A DNA stretch of 64,000 nucleotides from a virus (Duplodnaviria; Caudoviricetes): the IMG/VR virus record IMGVR_UViG_3300027969_000040; one strand, written 5' to 3'. A model generated the notes under the pieces. The model made no database searches. It was not told where the DNA came from and saw only the letters and a program-made list of their open reading frames with translations. Both the position numbers and the translations under genes were made by a program. Below, in pieces: positions 1 through 9,074 of this stretch; positions within the stretch are counted from its first letter, which is position 1, and each line of letters starts with the position of its first letter.

Positions 1-1693
1 AGTTACCAGTAATTGGTGTACCAGTATAGGTATAGGTAGTAGCATCGGGAGTAACTACAATAGTCACAGGTACTGTTAAACTAATCAAATGTACACGACC
101 CCATCTAAATGGTCCTGGTTCTACTCCCCAGATGCGTCCAAGGTTATCTCTACCCACTGCACTAAATTGAAATGGTAAAGTTGCTGTACGTGTCCAACCA
201 GCGGCTTCGGTGAACGTATAGATATAGAAATTGTTTAAGCAAAACACACCCAATATAGTTAAACTATCGTTTAACCAAACAATATTTTTTGGTGTTGTAG
301 GTACCGGAATACTACTATGGTATGTTAAGATCCTAGGGTCTCCGGCATTTACGCTGTAGCACATAAATGTACATGATTTTGGGGCAGCATCGGCAAGAGC
401 ACCAGTGCCGTTCAATTGCATAAACAATAAATATCGATTTGAGCCTACTGTAAATGTTTCATTGGCCCAGACTGACTGCATGCCATATATAGTAGTGATT
501 GTTGCCGGAGCAGTGCCATCTGGTGCCCAATATGTGCTTAAACTATTGGCGCCATAGCTGAGAGTACAATTGTTAGCATTACGACTAAATGCATCAGTTA
601 CCGTGTTCCATTGATAGTAAAACGGTGCATAGTTACCAGCGGTATCCACATATGGTACATAGAATCCTCGACTGTTTGCTGCCAATGGATCAGTAAACCA
701 ACGACTAGAAAACTTAGATTTATAGCTGCCTTGTGTAGTTGTCCTATTGCCACCTACACTAGATCCGCTAGCAGCAGGACTTGCACTAAAAGCATTTAAC
801 TGTGTGGCTGTATTGGCACCATCGTTATATTTCCAAAATTGTTGATTAATGTCATCTGTGGTACCATTCTGCATGGTAATCATTAAACCATCTACTGCAC
901 TTATTCCAAGAAATTGAGTTGTATAATTTGTAGCGCCGCCGGTTGAAGGCGACGATTGTGTTGCTTGTGCAGTGAATGCTTGGCCCGAATGGAATCCAGC
1001 CGCTGCACTAGGATAAATACCAGTGGCATATAACCCATGGTAGACCATATTACCAGTGCTAGGATTTCTATACATAGGGTATGCATGTGGAAAATAACTA
1101 GTGGTTACAGCACTCATATAGTTATTTTGATTCACTATGGTTCCGCTGGCTATACCTGCACTGGTTCCATTTACCATCACAATATATCTTGTGCTTTCGG
1201 CAGTGGCAGTGTTAGTTGCTGGACTATTTTGCCAATGTGTCCAAATAGCAACACTGCTGGTTCCATCTGTAAAATAAGATGCTGGATACGGTCTACGTGC
1301 AGGATCCATGGAAAAGAAAGGAGCATGATCTAAATTAGTACTATAGGTGTCTTTTGCAATAGTAAAATGTCGAACGTGTGTAACTTCACCGTTAAGTGCC
1401 AGTATACCAGTAAACATATTGAAACTAATGTTATATTGTGCTGTAACAGTACCACTTAAAATAGGGTGACCAAATGTATTGTATGTGATCATAGTGGCAT
1501 TGTCAGCTGCATTAATTATCGTATTAGGCAAAACACCACTGGGGGCAAAGTTATACTCAACATCAAATTGTGGTGTTAAGCTGGTTTTATTAACACCGTC
1601 GGTCTGAAAATACATGTAGGTAGAGCCTGGGATTGGATCTTCAAGTACAGCCGCTGCTTGAAATGCCCGTTTAAATGTTCTTATAATTGCCAC
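1..1693 (-). CDS. Virion accessory/fibre-associated protein, 3'-truncated by window edge (>=564 codons); paralogue of 1975..3810
   Basis: Missing from the ORF track because no stop lies in the window. GTG at 1693 behind AAGGAAAA; frame reads open by eye to base 2 (MAIIRTFKRAFQAAAVLEDPIPGSTYMYFQ...GRDNLGRIWGVEPGP...TYTYTGTPITGN) and aligns motif-for-motif with the 611-aa neighbour. Confidence 0.85.
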   Translation of the reverse strand, partial: MAIIRTFKRAFQAAAVLEDPIPGSTYMYFQTDGVNKTSLTPQFDVEYNFAPSGVLPNTIINAADNATMITYNTFGHPILSGTVTAQYNISFNMFTGILALNGEVTHVRHFTIAKDTYSTNLDHAPFFSMDPARRPYPASYFTDGTSSVAIWTHWQNSPATNTATAESTRYIVMVNGTSAGIASGTIVNQNNYMSAVTTSYFPHAYPMYRNPSTGNMVYHGLYATGIYPSAAAGFHSGQAFTAQATQSSPSTGGATNYTTQFLGISAVDGLMITMQNGTTDDINQQFWKYNDGANTATQLNAFSASPAASGSSVGGNRTTTQGSYKSKFSSRWFTDPLAANSRGFYVPYVDTAGNYAPFYYQWNTVTDAFSRNANNCTLSYGANSLSTYWAPDGTAPATITTIYGMQSVWANETFTVGSNRYLLFMQLNGTGALADAAPKSCTFMCYSVNAGDPRILTYHSSIPVPTTPKNIVWLNDSLTILGVFCLNNFYIYTFTEAAGWTRTATLPFQFSAVGRDNLGRIWGVEPGPFRWGRVHLISLTVPVTIVVTPDATTYTYTGTPITGN

Positions 1694-1703
1694 AATATTT
1701 TCC

Positions 1704-1964
1704 TTAATTTATTAATGTACCGGCGACCAAATCTACCCAAGCAAAAGCATCTGCGGCATCTACAAAATTTTCTCTGCTGCCATCTGGCATGCATTTCCAT
1801 GGCTGACTTAATCCTGGTTGAATTGTTTCATTGCCATCACTATCGATGGTTAGTAATCCAACGGTTAACACGCCGCCTGAAAATTCACATCTGAAAGTTC
1901 TACTAGAAATCACTTGCTCATTGTCATCAAGTTGTTCTACAATTCTATCATATGTATCACTCAT
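1704..1964 (-). CDS. Small acidic protein (86 aa), possible fibre chaperone
   Basis: ATG behind AAGGA, packed between two paralogues; QPW-x-x-x-PDG motif. Function inferred from position only. Confidence 0.7.
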   Translation of the reverse strand: MSDTYDRIVEQLDDNEQVISSRTFRCEFSGGVLTVGLLTIDSDGNETIQPGLSQPWKCMPDGSRENFVDAADAFAWVDLVAGTLIN

Positions 1965-1974
1965 TTACAAATCC

Positions 1975-3810
1975 TTATAAAGTCACAGTAGTGGTAATTG
2001 TACTTACACCAGCACTAATCACAGCAGCGTTCACAGTGGTAGTTGCACTGGCACTGGTAGTAACTGTAATTGCACTGGTAGTTACTAAAATATTACTGGT
2101 GTAGAATACTATACTAGATCCTGTTGAAGTTAACGTTACATTGGCTGTTACTCTTGCACCACTGATATCATATGCATCAACCGTATATGTAGTGGGAATT
2201 GTAGTACCACTGTAGTTGTAACTAGTAGCGGCCGGTGTTACCGTAATAGTAGCCGGCATACTGCCCGACAACAGATGTACACGCCCATAAGCCAACGGAC
2301 CTTGATCTACCGCCCATATACGCCCTAAGCTATCTCTACCTATGCTGTTAAATTGATAGTTGTAACTAGCTGTCAAGTTCCATCCAGTCACTGCACTGTT
2401 GAAACTGTACACATAGGTATAATTGTGTGTGATGATAGCCATTAATGTTCTAGCATCATTTAACCAGCAGATATTCTTTGGTGTTGCCGGAACTGTCATG
2501 GCGCTATGGAATGTAGTCTGTGTGTAGTCGGTGCTACTAACACTGTAAGTCATAAATGTACGCTGTGCAACATTACCATCAAATATACCACCAGCACCAT
2601 GGAACTGCATCAGTGTTAGATATCTGGTACCACTGAAAGTAAACGACTCGTTATAAACGATACGTTGCATACCAGTGGTAACCGATACGCTACTGGCAGT
2701 TACAGTATCTGGATACCAATATGAGTTTTGAGTGGCAATGGTAGTTGTAATAACATTACCAAATCTTGAAAATGTATCGTTTGTTTTATTCCATAAAAAA
2801 TAGAAGGGGTGATATGCACCAGCGGTATCAAAATATGGAACATAGAATCCGGTCTGGCCACTAGTAACACTCGGGCTAGTATTAGGGTCTATAAAAGTTC
2901 TGCTGGCAAATTTTGGTTGGAATGTACCACCGGTCGGGGTTGTTCTTGCGCCGCCTGCACTACCACCTGTCCTACCATCAGCAGACGGGCTAGTATTAAA
3001 TATTCCCGGGTTGGTAGCTGTAGTAGTACCATCATTATACTTGTAGATGTTTTGTGTGTAGTCATTACCAATGTTATTGTTTAAGAACATGGCCAAACCG
3101 TCAACACTACTTACGCCCAAGAATTGCACTGTACTAGTCCCCGACCCTGCGCCTGCGGCTGCAATAGTAGGTGCTGCGGCACTAAACATGTTAGGTAAAT
3201 GCGCACCCTGGGTAAATCCCGGAACATAAGCAGTAACATGGTTATTTGCCACTAGTACCATGTTATTGGTACTGGGATTTCTGTAAACTGGAAATCCTGT
3301 ATAGGCAGCTGTCTGAGTAGCATTTTGCAACGGGAAACCTGTGCTACTATCAGTGTTTGTATTAACACGACGATAATAGGTAAACAAATCACCAGCTGCT
3401 AGCAGCGTCTGCTGATTGTAGCTAATAAGCACCTGATTATTAACACCATCTGTATCATATCTGCTTTGTATAATAGGGCGTGTAGGATCCATACTAGCAA
3501 ACGGTGCTTGGTCTAGGTTATTACTTTGCACTGCTTGAGTATTGAATGTAGCATGGCGAACAAAAGTCACTTCACCTTTGAGTTGCAACATGCCGCCCAA
3601 GGCTTCTGGCGCACCGGTTACTGTACTGTAGCCAAATGTGCCATAACCAGTTCCGGTGGTACTCCAACTAACGGTTCTATCAAAAAACACGCTCAAATTG
3701 GCACTGCTAAAGGCTTCATTTTGGAAATACAATTTTCCAGAACTTGGATATGGATCCTCTGTGAGTGCTGGGACTTGTACCCCGTATTTTGCTGTCCTAA
3801 TTATTGCCAT
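1975..3810 (-). CDS. Virion accessory protein (611 aa), beta-rich, probable propeller-like region plus C-terminal Ig-like domain
   Basis: Long Thr/Ser/Gly-rich ORF with TAGGAG RBS and upstream late promoter; C-terminal alternating V/T strands. Confidence 0.75.
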   Translation of the reverse strand: MAIIRTAKYGVQVPALTEDPYPSSGKLYFQNEAFSSANLSVFFDRTVSWSTTGTGYGTFGYSTVTGAPEALGGMLQLKGEVTFVRHATFNTQAVQSNNLDQAPFASMDPTRPIIQSRYDTDGVNNQVLISYNQQTLLAAGDLFTYYRRVNTNTDSSTGFPLQNATQTAAYTGFPVYRNPSTNNMVLVANNHVTAYVPGFTQGAHLPNMFSAAAPTIAAAGAGSGTSTVQFLGVSSVDGLAMFLNNNIGNDYTQNIYKYNDGTTTATNPGIFNTSPSADGRTGGSAGGARTTPTGGTFQPKFASRTFIDPNTSPSVTSGQTGFYVPYFDTAGAYHPFYFLWNKTNDTFSRFGNVITTTIATQNSYWYPDTVTASSVSVTTGMQRIVYNESFTFSGTRYLTLMQFHGAGGIFDGNVAQRTFMTYSVSSTDYTQTTFHSAMTVPATPKNICWLNDARTLMAIITHNYTYVYSFNSAVTGWNLTASYNYQFNSIGRDSLGRIWAVDQGPLAYGRVHLLSGSMPATITVTPAATSYNYSGTTIPTTYTVDAYDISGARVTANVTLTSTGSSIVFYTSNILVTTSAITVTTSASATTTVNAAVISAGVSTITTTVTL

Positions 3811-3839
3811 ATTGTATAAAACTCCTAGACCTATTACTA

Positions 3840-3846
3840 TATTTAT
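3840..3846 (-). promoter_or_regulatory. T4-type late promoter ATAAATA
   Basis: Intergenic, 30 nt upstream of the ATG at 3810. Confidence 0.7.
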
Positions 3847-3871
3847 GCTTAATTAAGCTAATTATTTATAA

Positions 3872-4405
3872 TTAGATTTGGTTGTACTTGAGTTGTACGT
3901 AAAGTTCACTTCCGGGGCTATTAGTTGATCCTACTTGCAATATACTAATAGTTAAATAATCTCCGCTATTCATAGTAAACGGTGTAGAATACGTAGTCGT
4001 ATATTGACCAGTGCTTATAGTAATAGTTGCTGCCGTAACTCCATTCTTTTTAATACTAAAAATTAAATTACTGTCTGCAGATGTAACCAAATTGGCTACA
4101 ACAGACGAGATTGATAAGTTATACGGAGCGTACCATCTTCTAGATCCATCAAATACATATAAAGTGCCAGAGGTATATATATTAACAAAACTAGGGCCAG
4201 AACTACCAGTATATCCAAATGTTCCAACACTGCCAGTATAACCTAAATTACCAATAGATCCAGCGTATCCGGTTGTGCCTCGGCTTCCGGTATATCCAAC
4301 TATTTGACCCGATGCAACCCAGGCCCTACCGTTATATATCCAGCTTCGATTTCCGTATGTATACGGATCGTTAGTACTTGGACTGTCAGGAAAATTTAAC
4401 GGCAT
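3872..4405 (-). CDS. Short fibre-associated protein (177 aa) with short GYTGS collagen segment
   Basis: N-terminal NFPDSP...YTYGNRSWIYNGRAW motif, Gly-X-Y run, beta-sandwich-like C-terminus. Confidence 0.75.
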   Translation of the reverse strand: MPLNFPDSPSTNDPYTYGNRSWIYNGRAWVASGQIVGYTGSRGTTGYAGSIGNLGYTGSVGTFGYTGSSGPSFVNIYTSGTLYVFDGSRRWYAPYNLSISSVVANLVTSADSNLIFSIKKNGVTAATITISTGQYTTTYSTPFTMNSGDYLTISILQVGSTNSPGSELYVQLKYNQI

Positions 4406-4416
4406 AATTTAATGTG

Positions 4417-4794
4417 TTATTCTATCGGTAACTCTGGAGTTGTATTTTCAGTCCAATTTTGTGTTTCTTCGTTCCATGTATAATATACATTATTCAATTC
4501 TGATGTTGGCATTGGAATTGGAGGATTCCAAAGGCAAGTATTCTCATCTAATATCCAACTTGGAAATGGATTTGGGGGTATAAACGCATCCCTCTCACTA
4601 TCATAAGTGTATCCCAATCCTGCATAGTTTTTACGCAATGGTGTTCCACCTAATCTATGTTCACCGGCATATGTATTGTAACTAGTTTGAATCCAAATTG
4701 AAGGATCTCCGACCAAGCCGGAATTAATAAAATCTTGTTCTGCCACAATAACGTGAGTTACAATACCGTTTTCTACTTTTGCAAAATGACTCAT
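4417..4794 (-). CDS. Small phage protein (125 aa), tail-fibre-assembly-like
   Basis: AAGGA RBS plus late promoter; MSHFAKVENGIVTHVIVAEQDFI start and W-x-P-P-x-P-x-P...Y-x-W-N-E C-terminus resemble fibre assembly chaperones (recognised by eye). Confidence 0.65.
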   Translation of the reverse strand: MSHFAKVENGIVTHVIVAEQDFINSGLVGDPSIWIQTSYNTYAGEHRLGGTPLRKNYAGLGYTYDSERDAFIPPNPFPSWILDENTCLWNPPIPMPTSELNNVYYTWNEETQNWTENTTPELPIE

Positions 4795-4819
4795 GAAAAT
4801 TCCTTAAAATAACTATATA

Positions 4820-4826
4820 TATTTAT
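4820..4826 (-). promoter_or_regulatory. T4-type late promoter ATAAATA
   Basis: Intergenic, upstream of AAGGA and the ATG at 4794. Confidence 0.7.
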
Positions 4827-4853
4827 TTGCCATCGGTGTTGAAATTTGTCAAA

Positions 4854-5567
4854 TTAACCCCATGCACCTGCGCTCATTGAGCCTGCTGCGGACACTGGAT
4901 ATATGCTAAAATAACTGCCAGGTTGTGTACTATAAGCATCTAACGGATCGGCACTCAGTGTGTATCTTGGAATAAATGTACCGCCAGTGGCTACGTTCAC
5001 TGTTCCCTCAATAAAACAAGCTATGTAACTGGTTGCTGATGCTATTGCACCAGTGATTACTGTGCTAGCCGCAGTTGTATTATATATTTGAAATGATTCT
5101 GCAGATGAAATATTAGTAAAACTTGTTGTCCCAACTTTATAATTTACATTATAACCAATGCTGTTTAATGTTGTTGTTCCACCAAAACTTAATGCAACAG
5201 TATGGCTGGTTGCTCCAAGTATTTTAGCAAACGAGTATTGTGCAGTGAATCTATAAGTAGTTTGTGGGTTTAGTGTTATACCCAATCCGTTTCCATCAAC
5301 TCCTACACCAAACACACCTTGCGCTGTTGTAATCCGTCGACCAATATAAGGCACCTGCAATTGATAATAGAACTGTGGCAAGTAACCTGGATAGCCGTAC
5401 GTAGTAGCGCCGGTGAACAGCTCAATCCAGGCGGGACTGGTATTGTTTTGTACCATAAACTTATATAGTTTATTAGTAGTAGGATTGAACCACTCGTCAC
5501 CAATTTGCAACCCGGTTACAGGTTGCGTAGTCAATGTCCAATGTTTAGTATAATTTCTCGAGCTCAA
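4854..5567 (-). CDS. Fibre-associated protein (237 aa)
   Basis: TTG start 7 nt after GGAG; IGDEWFNP motif near N-terminus; beta-rich C-terminal domain. Confidence 0.7.
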   Translation of the reverse strand: MSSRNYTKHWTLTTQPVTGLQIGDEWFNPTTNKLYKFMVQNNTSPAWIELFTGATTYGYPGYLPQFYYQLQVPYIGRRITTAQGVFGVGVDGNGLGITLNPQTTYRFTAQYSFAKILGATSHTVALSFGGTTTLNSIGYNVNYKVGTTSFTNISSAESFQIYNTTAASTVITGAIASATSYIACFIEGTVNVATGGTFIPRYTLSADPLDAYSTQPGSYFSIYPVSAAGSMSAGAWG

Positions 5568-5582
5568 GGGCCATCTCCAAGA

Positions 5583-8500
5583 TTAGGCCTGAGCTTCCGT
5601 CCAGGACATACGTGCAAATATGTTACCCGATGAAGTACCAATGTTCTGGGCCATAACAGTAACCACGTCTGGTCCGTCTGGAAATACGCCCACATTAGCG
5701 GCAGCAACACCGCCACCTAATATACTTGTACCCATATCACGAACCAAATTCAATTCTTGCTGAGTTGTTGTAAATCCCGAACCCGTTGTGTTTAAGAAGA
5801 ATCCAAAAATTGATTCGCCACCGGTAATAGTAGTTGCCGACGTATGGAAAATGTACTGTGCCAAGCTAGAACCACCTACGCTGGACCAGTTTGGTGTTGC
5901 ACTACTAACTGTACCATTCAAGATCATGGTTATAAGGAACTGACCATTGGAGAAAACGTCCAACTGTCGCAAAACCATCTGCATGCGGTTTACAATTTCA
6001 CGTATGCCCAATGCTGATCCAGCAACACCGTTACTGACACTAGGTGCAATACGGAAACTCATAACTGCATTATTAACACCAGTACCAATTGCCAGTGTTG
6101 TTGTCATACCTCTTGTAAACACGTACGATTTGTCATCATCAAATCTACCGTCCATGATAACCGACGTACCCCAGTGACTGATTGTACTAGCAAACAACGG
6201 AGCATGTAGGTCAACTGCAACAGGAGCAGTAGCACTATATGTATAGCTCTGTGCTGCGCCTGCCATAGGAGAAAATATCAACGATGTTGATCCATTAGAC
6301 ATCGGTGCTTGACTCAAAGTCACGCTGGTATTAACTACAAAGCCGACAACATAAGTGTTAGCCGGAACTGCATTGGTTGTAGAAAATACGTATTGACCAA
6401 TTTGCACACCGGTGGTGCTTACACCGGTTATAACCGGAGTTGCAGTGTTAGTAGTAAATGTTAATGTTGCGCCAGCTTGTGCTCTAACAACACCAGTTAA
6501 TGTACTAACTGTGTATTGTCCTGCAATATTTGCAGTACCAACACCAGCAAAATTAACATATTCATATGCTGTTGCATTACGTATTACTGCGGTGCCGCCG
6601 CCACTAGTAGGCCATCCAGCTGGTAATGTATTTACATAGATTATATTATCACTGCTACCAAGTGTTGTAGATCCATTTGCCTGTATGTTAGCTAGCTGTG
6701 TACTCTTGCTAAATGTATTTGTTTCGTATCTGGCAGGCAAGTTACCTGAACGCATATATGCTTGATAGTTTAAGTTGTTGTTAGGACTTTTGTGACAGTA
6801 CATAACGTCGCCGTTTAATCCACGGAATCCCCAACGTATAAAGCCAGCTCCATACCAACTGTAGTCCAAGTACAACATCTGCATTTTGCTTAGATCAAGA
6901 TTAAATCCACTAACACCAGTACCATCTGCACGATCAATATTCCATTGACTTTGTGGTACTTTGTAGTCAATAGTTTTACTAATTACTGCTGCGGTCAAGT
7001 TAACAGTACCACGATATGCCGGTTGAATTGTCAATGCTGCATCACTGGTAATTGTTTCTACTTTGTAACTCATACCTTTAATGACTACAAAATCGCCGGG
7101 TACAAGTTGCTTACTAAAAATAGGGCTCACACCATTAAGGGTAATACCCGACACACTGTTACTACCAGCAGCAACACTTATCCATCCGTTAATTTGATAT
7201 GTACTGCTGCGACGTACTGCATATATAGTCTGACCGTCATATTCAAAAAATACACCATTTTGGTTATCATACATGCCCACTCGAGTGTTGGCTCCATACC
7301 AATTGGTAATACTCAAATAAGGCAAGCCAGTGGCTACAGCTACTGACGGGGTCGAGCCAGCAGCATCAAGTCTGTTGGTGGCTATATAGGTAAATTTGTA
7401 AGGATCTAGTACTGTTGCAACCGTATATATGCCATTATAGGCCGCTTGATCGCATCCGGTCATTGCAATGGTAATACCAGGATTAATGTTGTGCTGTACT
7501 TTAGTAACTACTGTAACCGTTGCACCAACTGCGGCGACAGCGTCTAAATTTAAACTTGGTTTAAGCAAAGTACCAGTACTCATCTGAATGCCTTTACCGC
7601 TCTGGTAACGGAAGTAACGTCGTGTTTGACGTATTAACTGTTGGTTGTGACTGATAGCATTAGTACTAAATGTAACACCACCGTCAAACGAACGATGTAA
7701 GAAGTTACCCTGTGGACGAACGTATAGTGTAGCACTACCATATCCAATTGTACCAGTTGGTGTACTAATTACATTATAGGTAAACACTGTTGGACTTGAC
7801 ACAGTGGCCACAGTCCAAGAACCATTTGGAGGGAATGTAGTGGCTGTCAATCCAATAATACCAATTTCATTACCAAGTAATAAACCATGCGGAACGCTAC
7901 ATGTAACAGTAATTACAGTACCACTGAATGTTACTGTGCTCAAACCAATTGCAGCACCAGTAAACACATAACCACGATAAATGTTAGTGGTATTAGCGTT
8001 GTTGATTGATCCAGTGGTGCCCGGATATGCAATTCTGGCTGTATAAGTAAAAGCACTACCACTGCTAGCATCAACCATGAACAAGCCATCTGCACCAGCC
8101 CAGGTAGTATCTTGCATAAACACCGGAGTACCAACACCGGGGTTGGCAGTCGACGCCACCGAAACTGTACGGCTCAAGTTAGTAGCAGTAATATCAGTGT
8201 AGGCAAGTTGATCATATGTATTATAATATGCAAACGGACGATTATTTATTAGGGAAATACTTTCCCACTTAGTGGTCTGTGTTGAATATTCAAAGTCAGT
8301 GTCAATTAATGCTTGTGGTTGACTTATGCGCAGTTTGTTAACTGGATCCATTAAAATTTCCATAGGTTGGAAAGTTTCGTTGGATTCTTCAACCAGGATA
8401 GCAATCTTATCAGTACTTTGCATAACACTGGTAGTGTCATACTTCAATACAATACTAGTAGTCGGTACGTTATTAGTTATTATGCTAACAAAACTTACCA

Positions 8501-8654
8501 ATGTATAAGTAGGGTCACTGAAATTAAACAGTACGGTATTTCTGGTGGTGTTAGTGATCAGTAGCAGTTGCTCTTGACGCAGGTAACGGTTGATCACGAT
8601 AGTCTTGGTAGACGGGGTGAACGTGTAATATTCTGGTGTTATGTGTTTTGCCAT
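5583..8654 (-). CDS. Large virion structural protein (1023 aa), baseplate/fibre-associated
   Basis: DTDFEY...KWE and LDLSKMQMLYLDYSWYGAGFIRWG motifs recalled from structural proteins of T4-like aquatic phages; repeated TVT...HG...I.G...NG...V.TV...FTY beta modules. Confidence 0.7.
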   Translation of the reverse strand: MAKHITPEYYTFTPSTKTIVINRYLRQEQLLLITNTTRNTVLFNFSDPTYTLVSFVSIITNNVPTTSIVLKYDTTSVMQSTDKIAILVEESNETFQPMEILMDPVNKLRISQPQALIDTDFEYSTQTTKWESISLINNRPFAYYNTYDQLAYTDITATNLSRTVSVASTANPGVGTPVFMQDTTWAGADGLFMVDASSGSAFTYTARIAYPGTTGSINNANTTNIYRGYVFTGAAIGLSTVTFSGTVITVTCSVPHGLLLGNEIGIIGLTATTFPPNGSWTVATVSSPTVFTYNVISTPTGTIGYGSATLYVRPQGNFLHRSFDGGVTFSTNAISHNQQLIRQTRRYFRYQSGKGIQMSTGTLLKPSLNLDAVAAVGATVTVVTKVQHNINPGITIAMTGCDQAAYNGIYTVATVLDPYKFTYIATNRLDAAGSTPSVAVATGLPYLSITNWYGANTRVGMYDNQNGVFFEYDGQTIYAVRRSSTYQINGWISVAAGSNSVSGITLNGVSPIFSKQLVPGDFVVIKGMSYKVETITSDAALTIQPAYRGTVNLTAAVISKTIDYKVPQSQWNIDRADGTGVSGFNLDLSKMQMLYLDYSWYGAGFIRWGFRGLNGDVMYCHKSPNNNLNYQAYMRSGNLPARYETNTFSKSTQLANIQANGSTTLGSSDNIIYVNTLPAGWPTSGGGTAVIRNATAYEYVNFAGVGTANIAGQYTVSTLTGVVRAQAGATLTFTTNTATPVITGVSTTGVQIGQYVFSTTNAVPANTYVVGFVVNTSVTLSQAPMSNGSTSLIFSPMAGAAQSYTYSATAPVAVDLHAPLFASTISHWGTSVIMDGRFDDDKSYVFTRGMTTTLAIGTGVNNAVMSFRIAPSVSNGVAGSALGIREIVNRMQMVLRQLDVFSNGQFLITMILNGTVSSATPNWSSVGGSSLAQYIFHTSATTITGGESIFGFFLNTTGSGFTTTQQELNLVRDMGTSILGGGVAAANVGVFPDGPDVVTVMAQNIGTSSGNIFARMSWTEAQA

Positions 8655-8660
8655 TTTTGT

Positions 8661-9050
8661 TTAATCTCCAAATGCTATCAAGTTGACTGAGTAACTTGCA
8701 GTTCTGCGCTGTACGTATGTGCCAATTGTAACTACAGTAACCATAGCGCGGTCGCCCAATTCTGGTGGGTTATATATGATAAGGTTGCCATCTGTTGTTA
8801 CTCGGTAATCTCCGTTTATATCGTATTCTACGCTCCAAGGCAGGGTACGCTCTGCTATATAAGGACGTAAAATTTGCCCATTTATGCTCACCTGTACTTG
8901 TCTTGAATCTGTCACTGTATTTATGGACACTTCGTCGACACTCAAGGGAAAGATCTGAGTGCTACTGTTAAACGAGCCGCTGATGTCATCGCATATTGCG
9001 GGCAGCGTATATGTTGCTTGTAAATCCGTTAAAACTCTAGTTAGTGCCAT
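8661..9050 (-). CDS. Small virion structural protein (129 aa)
   Basis: DDISGSFN...FPL...VQVSINGQILRPY beta-sandwich motif; own late promoter overlapping the upstream stop. Confidence 0.7.
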   Translation of the reverse strand: MALTRVLTDLQATYTLPAICDDISGSFNSSTQIFPLSVDEVSINTVTDSRQVQVSINGQILRPYIAERTLPWSVEYDINGDYRVTTDGNLIIYNPPELGDRAMVTVVTIGTYVQRRTASYSVNLIAFGD

Positions 9051-9067
9051 TTTTGTTCCATTATTAG

Positions 9068-9074
9068 TATTTAT
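9068..9074 (-). promoter_or_regulatory. T4-type late promoter ATAAATA
   Basis: Overlaps the stop codon of the 3732-aa gene, upstream of the ATG at 9050. Confidence 0.6.
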
